From the NCBI GenBank assembly GCA_000320545.1, contig ADNK01000630.1:1-64000 (forward strand): DNA of 64,000 nucleotides. The letters run 5' to 3'. Shown here piece after piece: positions 12,650 to 25,959 of the stretch. Below the pieces are notes generated by a model that worked only from the letters and a program-made list of their open reading frames with translations, was not told the origin of the DNA and ran no database searches. The position numbers and the translations under genes are program-made. The DNA is from Bigelowiella natans CCMP2755. Its lineage: Eukaryota > Protista > Cercozoa. How positions within the stretch are numbered: the first letter of the stretch is position 1; each line of letters opens with the position of its first letter.

Positions 12650-13400
12650 TGTCGTCGTTGTCACGTAGTGGCTAATGCTTTGTGGAATAATAATGCTGCC
12701 CACTTATCATATCCATACATACAGGATTACTAGAGATCTTCAACATCGATGTGACATGCGACAGCAATGTCGTGCTACGCTTATCATGTTGCGTGTCTTC
12801 TATCTGTCATGCGTCGCAAAGCAGTTATAAATGGCCGCGACTATAAGCCACAAATGCAACCATGTGGATGCGTGTAGCTATAGTCGCACTTCATCGATGG
12901 TCTGTCCAATATGTAAATATATGCAAGGTACAATGGCTGCCGTTCTAGCTAGTGTGGTGCGTCACACAGTGTGCATCTATGGCACACATCGCAATCGCCT
13001 AGCACGTGTAATTGTTTTATGGATGTACGTATATTGTGTGGTGCCGCATGTGTACGTCTTATCATGCATCCATTGCAATGGTCATGGCACAGCTAGACAG
13101 CTAGACAGTAGCACATTATGATAGACATGTAATGCTGTGTCTATTATCATTGCATGGAATGGACGTGGCCGTATAACGCTTCTGTATATATATAAGCAGT
13201 ACGATAATATATAGCAGAACCGAGCGCACCGCGCTAGACCGGATTCGCATGGCGTATTATGTTCATAAAAGCAGTGCACTGTGCATCGATATTGGGGTTT
13301 GCACGCTACTGAGCTAGCTAGCTAGTGAGCTACATAAATGACAATGGAGACATGATTATTTATTAAACCTACTTCCGGTGATTCGTTGAACATACAGCAG
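12650..13400. other. Partially TpA-converted, CATG/CTAG-rich convergent intergenic region
   Basis: Dense catg/tgca/ctag words and gctagctagctag, but many TA dinucleotides still present. Confidence 0.5.
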
Positions 13401-13558
13401 CATATGCGTACACTTCAGACTGTACATGACATATTACAAATAATGATTTGTTTGTCAACGTCTACGTCAAAGGATTTTCATCATTCAATGTGATTGCCGA
13501 AACCTGTAGCCCTCCTCGTGTCAAACAACTGTAAGTGCTTGATAAGACACTACAGTAA

Positions 13559-14626
13559 TCATCTTCGTGAACCCCCCTGCAACTGCTCGATCTTTTTATC
13601 TTTCAGCCGGAGAAGCTGCTCGAGCTTCTGAACTTTCATTTGTAGAATCTACATGAATGTGCCAAATATTAATGGAGTGCTCAATATATTACGTATGTGG
13701 TTAAATGTATACCGCTACGGTCTCTCGCAAGTCTTCGATTGTGTTATCCTTTTCATCTAAAAGACTCTGTGCATTTGGGAAAACTTGAGCCCTGCTACCA
13801 GCTCCTCCTTGCATTGCCATTCTAGGTTGTGTAGATGCTGCTATTCGAGCTCCACTATTAAACAAAAGATAGATTAGCATGAATATTACGATCTGAAACC
13901 GATATGCTGTGACTTACGAAGTTCCCTTTTGCTCTCTAACAGATTTCTTTGGCCTTGAAACTTCTATATACGTAACAAAATCAAGATGTGTGTCACACAA
14001 TACTATAATCATTTAACTACTTTGTTCAGTTGATCTTTTCTTCGCCTCAATCTGTAGATGTGAATATACAACAAATTATGTCATATTGTCCTTCTTGACC
14101 GAATCGTCGCGAAATAGTACACACAACTACCTTTGCCTTCAACCCTTGCAAACACCTCTCTATTGCACCCTTTTGACATGTAACAATTTTCCGGATTTCG
14201 TCCGACGGAATTTCAAATTTGAATAGTTTCCGAAGCACTTTTCCTGAATATTAGATAGAATTATACCTACTCGCAGTTGCAGGCTAAGAATGCAAAATGA
14301 TGTCCCATTACTGTTTAAGGTATTCCAATTCACGGTCTTTTTGCTCATAGCATTCGTAGATATGTAGTTGTGCAAATCCACTTTGGCAGGGAAGAAATGA
14401 TGAACTACTTCTGATAGTAGAACTGTATGATGAATAAAAACAATTGTCATGAATAAGGTGATGCTGTTGTTATCTGAAATTAAAGTAATAGATACTAATT
14501 CAATCAACCTGCATCACTGAAATCCCTTGCAATATTCTTTTTTGGTCGAGACAATGGGATCTCATCAATCCAGCAGTAGACATCCTGAAAATCGCCACCA
14601 CTCATTTGATGATCCTCTGAATGCAT
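13559..14626 (-). CDS. SPEF1: Sperm flagellar protein 1 / CLAMP (CH_2 domain plus coiled coil)
   Basis: VYCWIDEIPLSRPKKNIARDFSD|VLLSEVVHHFFPAKVDLHNY...NWNTLN|KVLRKL...GAIERCL, and C-terminal EKDNTIEDLRETVA|ILQMKVQKLEQLLRLKDKKIEQL, both characteristic of SPEF1. Confidence 0.92.
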
Positions 14627-15174
14627 AAGCAAAGGGGGAATTAGTAACCGGTGTGGAGAAAATACTGAGAAGGCTGACGTTGCACGGCGCTTCGAGGGAT
14701 TGAAATCGAAACAATTCTAAGGGTATCGCTAAAGCCTCCCAACCTCATATATCTTCTTCTCTCTTCCTCTTCTCCTCTCTCCTACCACCTCTTCCTTGTT
14801 ATGTATTACGACTATCGTACAGAGCAGTTTCGAGTTGTTATTAGAGCAACAACAACGGTCCCTAATTTGAGTCTTAAAAAGTAGTGGCTCGAGAGAGTTT
14901 TTACAAAGTCAGAATACATAAATGTATGCTATTTCTTGAGTGAGACTCCAAATATTTGCACTTTCTTGCGAGTGCTCCAGATTCAAGGATGCGACAATGA
15001 ATTTGAGATAAGGTTCATGTCGCAGGTGCTAAAACCCCCTGCTTCGACTATCACCAAAAGGAAATATTTGAAAATTTAAACAGCAAGTATGTTTCCTCCC
15101 CCCCTTGCTAGACCAATCCATAATGCATTTCATTTGGGGTACATTTAACCGATCACATGAATCGTTGCAACTAG

Positions 15175-15892
15175 ATGGCCCAAATTTCGAGCAGACTGGT
15201 TTGTGGAATCCTCCTCGCGACGATTATGTCCGCTGTGAGCGGTGAAGTTGTGGTAACTGATTAGTTATTCAAAGTACGTCTAGCTACGTTAGTCAAATTT
15301 AATCATGGTGTTTTACCATCCCTAATGGAGAAGTAATGTAGTCATATCTCTGTTTCAGAAAGGAACTGTCAACTCTGGCGAAGGATTTGCGTATATTGGC
15401 AAATTTTGTTTTGATTACACAAGTATGTTAAACGCCTACTAGTATGATTGTTGCGCTCTCCTGCCTCTTTGTCTGTTTTGAACCATCTCCCTTGATTATT
15501 TACCCACACTGCACCGCCTTTATCAATTTAGAGCCAAAAGCTGAGTCTCCCGTGCATGACGGGAGTCAAATGATATTTGATTTGAAGCTTGAGCAACAAG
15601 CACATCCATCATCATCATCATCATCATCTGATGCGAAGGATGATGATGGCCTTCGAGTTTACCTTTATGATGGTAATAATAACCCAATTGCTGTTGTGCT
15701 TTGTTGAATGGAATCATTATTCTAATTATACATATTGTATATATATACATATCACATGGATTCTGCTACCTCCCCTTGTTTTCTCAGACGAAGTAATGAG
15801 CTGGCCTTCAATCTATCAGAAAGGGAAATCCTGTGAGGAAAAGGTGAGAAGAAGAAGAATCAAGGGGTGATAGAAGAATGTAATACGTGAAA

Positions 15893-15963
<71 letters not shown>

Positions 15964-16428
15964 GATGATGGCTGCAGCATGCTGTGCGATAAGCACAACG
16001 ATATTGATTGGCACATTAGCGAATACATTTAATATTGACATTGAAATATTACGTCGTCTTTTTCTCCTTTTTGTTCTTCCCCTTGTTCTTCTTCTTTATT
16101 ACTTTTGATGCTAAGATTACGGCTGCCAAGAATTCTGCGAGCAGGAAGTATGCTGTTCAATTCGACAAGGAAGGTAAAACAAGCCTAGAAGCAGTAGCAA
16201 TAGCTGTGATAGTTGTGATGGTGATGATGATGATGATGATGATGATAATGATGTTGACAATTGTTGGCTGCTTGTGTAAAAATAAATAAATATTGTAACA
16301 CCAGATACCACAGCCTTTTACTCCTTAATACGTAACTCACTCATATTTTCTTCTTCTTCTTCTTCTTCTTAGGCAAGTGGGAGATGTCTCGTATCCATGT
16401 CCATGAGCATTTGAGGCCTAGATTCTGG

Positions 16429-16463
<35 letters not shown>

Positions 16464-16724
16464 AGTAGGTGTAGTAGTAGTAAGCAACAATTAATAAGTC
16501 CACACACTGTTGTCGCAAACATACAATCTCCTTTTGCTTTCATTCGTATAGCACCATCATCCATAAACACTATGTTGTTCTTTTGTACGTCTCATCAACC
16601 CCTGCTGCTTCTCTCCTCCCTCTTCCTGTATTGTTCTACACTAGGTATGTTGTAGTTGCAAATTGTAAGGGACTTACAGCAGATATCAAATACGAGGCAT
16701 CCTTCATCAATCAGGTCTCAGTGA

Positions 16725-16762
<38 letters not shown>

Positions 16763-16832
16763 ATAGCTGCTTACTACTACTACATGTAGTCCAATTAAAT
16801 GCTCTATGTATGCGTATGCGTATGCACATAGA

Positions 16833-16864
<32 letters not shown>

Positions 16865-17162
16865 AAAGTATTTGGTGTCGTCGTGTATATATATACTACT
16901 TCTACTATCAAAGGGAGGACTTTGGAGAAAACAGTTTGGTGTGAATGAACAAGGACTTAATCTGCTAGCAACGTCCTTCTTCCTAACTTACTTGGTAAAC
17001 CAATCTATCTCTTTTGTATAGAAGTAATGTGATTACAATGTATCTAATTTGCAATGGTAGTTTATATCCACTTGACCTCTTCTTCTCCTAATATCACCAT
17101 TGCCTATCGTTATGAGACTTCTTTCTCCTCCTCTTCTGCGGTGACGATGGTTTTACGTGTGC

Positions 17163-17201
<39 letters not shown>

Positions 17202-17394
17202 GGTGTTGTTGTTATCTAGATTCTAATCGGTATCCATATGAGAAACATCGCTGAGTATATCCGCAAAGACATTCACCATCCGGTAAAATTAGAAGCAGGG
17301 AGAGAGAGAGAGAACGAAAATATCACGACGTGTTTTAAAAATCCCCTTCTTCATTTTCTGTGGTACTACTCTGACCAGCGTGTGCTCACCATCG

Positions 17395-17430
<36 letters not shown>

Positions 17431-18860
17431 CCATCTCACAGGACCTAATATCATCATTATCTTCGCGTGTATTTGTTGCAATGCTGCTTACTGGTGTAAT
17501 CACTGTTACTTGATTATATTAGCTTATTGAGCTTTTAACCATTTCTCTCCTCTCCCAGGTAGTACACTGGTTTGTGTTAGATCTTACATGGTGCTGTCTT
17601 TCAATAAATATATGTGTGGTGGTTCCCTTCCCGTCTCCTCCTCCTCCTCCTCCTTCTCCTCCTCCTCCTCCCTTCTAAAAGATTATATTTCTATATCTGC
17701 AATAATAAGCGTTTTCATTGTCTCCCTCTCCCTCTCTCTCTATTACCTTCAGGGGATGAGCTTCATGCTCAGTTCTTTGCATTATGTTCTTTTCACGTTT
17801 GATGGAGAAGGAGTGCAAATTGCCAACTCTCTTTCAGAATGTATTATTATTATTATTATTAGTAGTAGTAGTAGTAGTAGCAGCATCACCTGTAACAACG
17901 AATTAGAGGAGGATGGTGCAGCGACAACAACAACACCTACTGAAGATGATGATGATAAAGAAGAAGAAGAAAAAGAATAAGACGCAAAAGAAGAAGAATC
18001 ATCAACGTAGTCGGAAAAGTAAAGTAGGGAGGAGGGAGAGTGTTAATATATATGCCATTTACCTTGCATACAGCAGCAACAACAACAATGCCAGATGATT
18101 GATAGATGCTACTATGTAGTGTTAGCAATTGTGTCTCGGATGGCTCTCATAGTTCTCCTCATTCTAATAGCTCAAGGTGCTGCTACTGCTGCTGCTGATG
18201 CTGATGATGATGATGCGTGTGGTGTTACTAGTTACTATCACTAGTGAATAAGTGAAAGATGTCACCTTCAATATGATGATGACGAGTATCATTTGTGAGT
18301 GCAAGTGCTGATAATTCGCTGTTGACTGTGCTTTTGGGTGTGAATTCATCATCATCATCATCATCATCACCATCACCATCACCATCACCATCATCATCAT
18401 CATCACCATCACCATCACCATCATCATCATCATCATCACCATCACCATCATTATCACATGATTGTCACCAGGATGGGGAACAGTCAAACTGGGTATTTCG
18501 TACCGAGAAGCAATCTTTGTAATCACATCAACATAGTAGTAGTAGTAGTAGTAGTAGTAGCAGCAGCAGTTGCATTAGTAGCACCATTAACATGTCTAGT
18601 AGCATTAAAAAAGATGACAGTAAAAGGAAGAAGAAGTAGAAGTAGATGTTCGTGGTAAATGATACCTCATCACTGGTGTTACTTTGTTTTGCAATGAGAG
18701 AAATCGACGTAGTTCCATGGAGATCTACTAATGTCCAATACGTGATATCAACAACGACAACAACAATGATAGCAATAACAATACTGCTTACTCAGGGGCT
18801 GCTAGGAGGGTTTCTGTGCAGCTACCTAATGCTACTGCTATGGGATATAAGATACAGGTG

Positions 18861-18893
<33 letters not shown>

Positions 18894-20546
18894 GGGTGAC
18901 TATCATCCAATCATCTCTTGCGAGGAGGAGGAGTATCAGAATGAGGAGAAACAAAAAAATAGTAATAAACGTAGGCCATCTAATTCTTTTGCCTTCATTC
19001 TTCTTTTAGAACCAAGATATATTTATATGTATATCTCTATTATGAAGAACAATTAAAGCAGCCACAGCAATAACACACACTGTAATGACTGGAGAACGAT
19101 GATGATCCTACATAAGAATAAAGATTAATAATGAAACGAGTAATCAATGATGAGAGGAGACAAGAACGTGATGCCTTGATCTATTATCATACATTAGGGA
19201 TCCAGCTTCCACATTATATCTATATGAAAGCATACCTGGGTAATAATTAATAAAAACAATAATATTATTAATAATAATTACGACAATAATAGCGGAAACA
19301 CAACGATATAGATCAGCGACAACAACATAATGCTGGATGATACCCGACGTAGAAGATATATGCATTAGAAGAAATAATAGTAATGATAAGTACGAAATAA
19401 TAGCCAGTAAAAAAGAAAGGAAATCATAAATATAGTAATAGCCTTTTGGTAAGAAGCTTATCGTCGTCGTTTATCATCACAGTTGCATTATTTTTCCACC
19501 AGGGCTTTGATACTGACTCTTGATATTGGTGCTACAATATGGTTCGTCGTCTCGATGTATAGCACCCTGAAGGTAGTAATGAAATGTATTATGGATTATC
19601 TATGTTCCCTAATAGTGAAAGTGGGTGCGTGGTGAGGATAAGTGCAATTATCGATGATTCTTGCGTGATGTATAGCTGCTTTCGATTATATGGTGTAAAA
19701 GAAGAAGAAGAAGAAGAAGGGTATAGCTGGTGGAAATTGACACATCATCACAGATTTTGTTACCTACCATTTGACTTATTTATCACTTTTCTCTCTCCGG
19801 CCACCATTTTCAATATCTGTTTCCTACTACCACTACTACTATTACTACTACTACCACTACTATATCCATTGGTTAGCTGCAGAATATCAGGGCCAACAAG
19901 AAGTCCTTCCTCAAAAGCATTGGTTGGAAGAAAGTTGCATTTTACACAGTAGAAGTAGAAGTAGTAGTCTGAGAACATTAATGATAGACTATTTGTGGAA
20001 TATCTTCGTCTTCTTAGTCCTCTCCTACACGAATCATCATAAATACACTTCCGTCTCCACAACCATATTTAGCCCTTCGACTTTCAGTGGTGCTGCATTT
20101 GCTGCTGATTCTAGACTCCTTGTCCTCTTTCCCCGCCTCTCCTTACTATTCCGTTGCAATGATTTGTTGTCAGGTTTCGTTTACATTTGGTATATGGTGA
20201 GTATGCCAGTCATCGTAGCTGCTGCGTGCTTCCTTCTCAAGCCCTGGGTAGTAGTTGTAATTATAGCAGTCGTACTAATCTTTGTGAATCACATCCTGAT
20301 GTTGATGCTCATATTCATCTTTAGCCATCACTCATTGTGCTACTGCTGCTAATCAATGGCTTGCTGTTTGACTCAATATTTTCTTTTTGACCGTTGATTC
20401 ATTGTTGTCTTCTCCTCAAGATCCGAGAAAAAACTGTTGGTTCTCTCAATTCCATCGTTACTTGGTATTTGTTATCATTTTTGCCCGATGATAATGTCTG
20501 CTGATGACTCTTGATGTTAGCGCAGTGGCCATATTATTGAGCTAAA

Positions 20547-20580
<34 letters not shown>

Positions 20581-20928
20581 GTGCTGATGCTTGGAGTTCT
20601 TTATTATGTGAATTCTACACAAAAACAAACACTTTTGTTTCGTAATTGATAGTTTCGCACATTTGGGGCTTTTATTCCTCTTCTGGCCTTCACGTGTACA
20701 GAGCTACTTCGAGATAAAGGTTATTGCATATTATGACTGATGCTCAGAACAAAAAATAGGTCCCTTCCCCCACTATATTCGATAACTACACTACTGTTGT
20801 TGTGACAAATAATTTATCTATGCTAAAATACTATCACACTCTCTCAGGGTTCTGAGTTTGTTAAGGGGCCAGACAAAATATCAGCATGTAATGATTCTGA
20901 GCATGAGGAAGAAGAATCTCTACTTTAA
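15175..20928 (+). CDS. GPR180/TMEM145-like seven-transmembrane protein
   Basis: Signal-like N-terminus, then FAYIGKFCF, LRPRFW|YVVVANC, QFGVNEQGL, LHYVLFTFDGEGV, LLILIAQGWG, DPASTLYLYESIPG, KPW|IREK, FLFWPSR. These are motifs of the TMEM145/GPR180 family. The introns are filled with microsatellites. Confidence 0.8.
15895..15959. repeat. (TA)n microsatellite, representative of many intact intronic (TA)n tracts (also ~1043-1081, 7663-7698, 11790-11832, 25915-25956)
   Basis: Direct reading of the sequence. Confidence 0.95.
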
Positions 20929-20949
20929 TTGGCGCTATCTAGCTATAAA

Positions 20950-21550
20950 AGATTGCAGTGCTTTACATGTCATGTACCGAAGTATCATGTAGCTTGCAAG
21001 TTTATGGAGAATTAAGAACTTATGTAGATTGATCATCCACATGTGAATGACGGTGTTTTAAAGCGTGACCACAAATGATGCAATGTGCATGATCAATGGA
21101 GTCAAATTGTCAGCTAATCTCGAGATCTGGAACAACATCAGCAAGTGACCACATGTAGACATTCATGTCAAGCTAGCTAGCTAGCTAGCTAGCTAGACAC
21201 ATGCTAGCATGTCTGAGTGCATGGCATGTGATCACTGTTTTCCATGTGGCTGCGTGGCAGATGGTTTGATGCAGGAGACTTTGCATTGTGCTATCTAGCT
21301 ATGCACGCGCTCGCACAGGTTGAATTGTGCAAATTGTGCACATCCACAATGTCCATGTCGCACATGTGTACGCATGCTTGAATGCTAGCATGTGTGCAGG
21401 CGCATAACAGTCGTTGTCCATGACAATATGTGCACTGTCCAAAGTGTACGTCTTGCTTGTACATTGCTATGCAAACATGGTCGTTGCCTTAACGAATTAC
21501 GGGGCTAGGATGCACAATGTCTCTTAATCTGTTACATAATACGGTCGCGG
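20950..21550. other. TpA-depleted, CTAG-retaining intergenic island
   Basis: catg/tgca-rich sequence with a (GCTA)n run at ~21170-21197; few non-CTAG TA dinucleotides in 21060-21420. Confidence 0.7.
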
Positions 21551-21628
21551 TGGAATGTATATCTGAGAAGCAGGTCTGAGTTCTTCATTCAGCGCGCGAG
21601 CACGATTGCATCTGAATGCAAGGGTTTC

Positions 21629-24600
21629 TCAGACATGTAGTAAATCGGTGTAAAGTATTGAGTGTTCTGACCTGTGTGACACCTCAACCTTTCCTCTTTC
21701 CCATGTAACCTCACCCTTTCCCCAAAGTAAGAGGAAGCTACGACCGTTGCTCGTCTAATTAGACAACAATGTATGATTCTGCTGGTAACTTTATTAGCAA
21801 ATATCAAACATCGGACATTCGAATTGCTAGGAGCCACTATATGGGCAAGAATCTCAAGGGGAACAAGCATCTACAGAAGAAACATAACTTTCTAGGTTAT
21901 GTGTTAACTTTACCGCTCTTGCACTATCGTCAACGTTTCCAGCGATGATACGCGCATCCTCAAAAGGCTATTAAAAAAAGCTCATGAGTAATTGAAAATG
22001 AATTTCAGAAATGTTGTCTGGTATACAGTTATTGACTGTGATCCTCCTTTAAGTTCCTAAGTGAAATATGAAATACTTGTTCAATGGGGCATATACCATC
22101 TTTCTTCATAATTTTTAGCTCCTCCTAATGAGAAACAAATTGCCATTTCCGGGTATATACAGACATTTACTTGAATCTTTGGGTGAATTATGTTCCAGAG
22201 AGCTTTTCCTTGGAAATCATCTTACATACGAAGAATCATTCAATTATTTCCTTAGTGAACACATTTACCCGTGGTAAACACAAGACATTCACCTTGTAAT
22301 AATATAGACAACGCTGATTCATATCTTCTTCCAATAGAAACAGCGTCCTGAGTATTGTACATGATATCTAAGTATACTGTACTTTCTGCAACGGAAGAAA
22401 ATACCGATATAAATTTCTTTCGTACAGGCTCTGGGCAATCTTCCTGAGTAGAGTATTTTCAACTTAATGGTGATATGCTACATAGCTCAATATATTGTAA
22501 AACACCTTCAAATTATTCATTCTGGATGCCTAATGGGATTGGAGAACACACTTAACAAACTATCAATAAATAAAAGAAACTATCTACCAGATATTGAAGG
22601 GCATTTTCCGCGGCTTCAACAGGACAAGTCTCGCTGGTGCAGGAAAAATAATGTCACAATGAGTCAAATACTTCGTGTTATGACAACAATTTTAGGTAAA
22701 ACACTTACCTATACAGTACTGCCTTTGTACAATGCCACCCGACCTATTTTCCCCACCAAATATTATCATTCAACACAGAATATAACATATAAGTTATACT
22801 ACTTGCTCAAACGGGGAGCGATAATATGAAAGATCTTTGGACCCGCCTCTTCTCCTACATAAAGTATCAATCGGAATAAAAAAGGAGACTAGAAATGAAT
22901 ATATTACCTCGGGGACTGCAACGGATTCGAATCGTTTTCTCCAGGAACAGGGATTTCTGTAACCTAAAATGAGGTCACTTGAAACATTACGTAAATCGAA
23001 AGGTATTTACAGAAATACCTTATCTCCTGGTGAATACTCCATTTCAAGTAATACTTTTTCGTAATACCTTCGAGTTCGATTAAAATGTTAAAATGTGTAT
23101 TATCAATAATGAGTCAAAGAAGAAATACGCATCATGGACATGAATATAAACTCTTTCAAGGAGTTCTTATCATACGCTGCGATGTTTAGATGTATTGAAG
23201 CTCTTAGTTCGAGTGACATTGTCCTCAGACACGCCTCCTACCAAAGATAAGTCAGCAATAACTATTCGTGAGGTAAAAACCATTAATTTTGATGAAACCT
23301 GCAACATTGGAGATGTAAACTGTAGCATGGAATATACACCTGTAGTCTCACAGATTATACCTGTAATAATCGATATAATAAGGGTTTGAAATCTGTAAAA
23401 TATGGTCAATATACCCTTTTTCTCCAAGCTTAATAGAGCTGATCCAAATCTATATGCCCCTCCTCCTTCCACTTCAAAAATGTGGAAAAGAGCTTCCCGG
23501 TCAAACTGGACTCCCAAAACACTCGCAAGCTGTTTAAAATATAGAGGCAGATTTCAACAAACCTAAATTATTTTGAATCAAATCAATTAATTACAACAAG
23601 TGAACCTTAGAAACTAGCAGCTCGGAAGCTGGTAAATGATCTAGCCGCATCGTCAAGAGGGATCTTGAATTTAAAGGTAGTATTTGAACTTTATTTTCAA
23701 AATAGGCGAGCAAAATGCTGCCACCTTATGCTCGTTGGTAGTTTAAGATTACGCAAGATGACCTTAAAGAATTGAATACATTCATATGTATTATATATAT
23801 TATTTTTCAATTTATTTAATGGGATTACCCCTTTAGCTAGTATACATGTACCAAGTCGTCCAGTTGTAGAGGATGACTTTTTGGTATGGGGAAAATTACA
23901 GTTATTTTAGAAACAAGCGTTCATGTATTATGAATTTTGATACAACCGATGTCTCTTTGTATTCCAACATGCCACGGTCTGATAGAGTTCTCACAACTTC
24001 TACACAGACGAATGGATTGCCTTTGGAGTATCTATATGATTGAAAATTAATGCCTAAGCTTTGCATTGTATAAGTTTACTGAGTGAATTTGCTCTACTTG
24101 TTCACGAATTCCACGATAGAAGGATCGATGTTCACACATCTGAGTTAAGGTATGCATTGCACTGAATGTGTACATATACACATATGTATGTGTCTGTATA
24201 AATTAATAATTATATACACATTTATATATTACATTGAATATACTTTATTTCTAAAACTATGTACTATTCCGCACTCAAAGGTTTCTTCTACTTTCCTATT
24301 GAGAAAAATCCCTACCTTAAACGTTGACACAATAAAGCATCCACATATTTCTTCTCTTCCAGCCCACCCAGGGACATCTAAAATAGGACAACATTCCAGA
24401 AAATTGTGCAGAAGTTTATTTTATGTTGACATTGATGCTCTTACATGGATTCCTCCTCTTCTGACAAATTGCTCAATATCCGGTTGTATTTGTATTAGAA
24501 GGGATGAGGTAGTCACAGTTGTTCCACCAGAACCGGAACGATTGCCGCGAACAGGGGCAGCAAGACTTTTGACGCTTGAAAGGTCCGTAGACATTAGACT

Positions 24601-25911
24601 TGCAACCTTTGGTGCTGTGCGCGAGTTTAAAGACGGCGAAAGATTTTCGGGCTCCAACGGAGCAGATAATGGAGCATCATCTTCACTGTAAATAATGCAT
24701 ATCTTTTTCGGATGGTCTATGAGGACACTGTATTCTAAAAGAACACTGTATCGTACCTTTCTCTCGATGTAATTACTGTTATTGTTCCATCAATTTGACT
24801 CTATATATGATGAAACTATGAATTACTGTAGCTCTTATGTTCTATCCAACCGTCCAAACCCGTATCTCCATAAGTAGGCGCCATGAAGCTAGATCAAACC
24901 TGTATTATTTTCCCTTTATACCCTTGCGATGTAAAGTGCACCCTTGCGATGTAAAGTGTTTTCATATCGTGCCATGATACCATTGAATGTCCTCAAGAAT
25001 CCATACGCAACCTTCAGAACACTTGAACTAAGAGAACAATTTGTCAGCTATTTGAGTTGAGCATTCTCATGTAGAACCTTCAAAATCCTTGCAAGTAGTG
25101 TCTCAATGGTTACTGGTTCAGAATCCCACTGGAGTACATACCCATCAATTATCTGAATTTTTATTGAAAGTAGATTCGATTACATTTTCTTCATATAGCG
25201 ACTTCGTTGAGGAGGTTCCAGAAGTCGGATAAGTATTCGCAGAATTTCTACTCTTTACAACCGGTGATGTTTTCCTTGTACTTAATGTATATTAACTTAC
25301 ATCGAACTCACTATGTCAAAACGATTTACTTACATTTTACCCCCCTTGGTTGAATTGCTATCTCTTTCTAGTCTGAACAATGAGCACTCTGTTATACTGC
25401 CTCGACATGACGGATTCAAAAACGCAACAATCACTCAAAATATCAGACTTCTCAGGAACATCCTCCCCAAAGAATCTCTGCAACTTTCTCCTATTTTGAT
25501 TGAATGAAGTTGTTGAATTTAAACAAACTTAAAACGACAAATAGGACCTGGACTTATTAGAAGTAGCTGGATCTCTGCCAAAGAAATATTCCAAATTCCT
25601 GGAGAACAAGCAATTCCTCGTCAACATATTCTAGAGTGACATATTTTGCGTACAAATATTTTATCTTACTTTCCATGACTGTGATAAACTGGAAACTCGA
25701 CTCCAAAGATTCTGATTTAATTTAGTAATATAACTCTGACTTAGAGAGATTCATGATACTACCCATTGAGTTTGTGTAATTGCTGTATCATTTCCTGAAT
25801 AAGGTAGATGGATTCAGATTCCTAAATCGAATCCATGAGGGAAACTTACCAGATTGATGCTGGCATCGAAACAGTCTGAAATCAACTGACAGTCCACAAA
25901 TTTAGATACAC

Positions 25912-25959
<48 letters not shown>

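Noticed and set aside
290-20352. Many poly-Y/I/M/S/H/V ORFs in the ORF track
   Set aside because: These are translations of intronic microsatellites or of the antisense strand of real exons.
24920-24958. 20-bp tandem duplication in the cyclase gene as a target-site duplication or duplicated donor
   Set aside because: It lies wholly inside the intron after the Walker B exon, with no inserted element between the copies.
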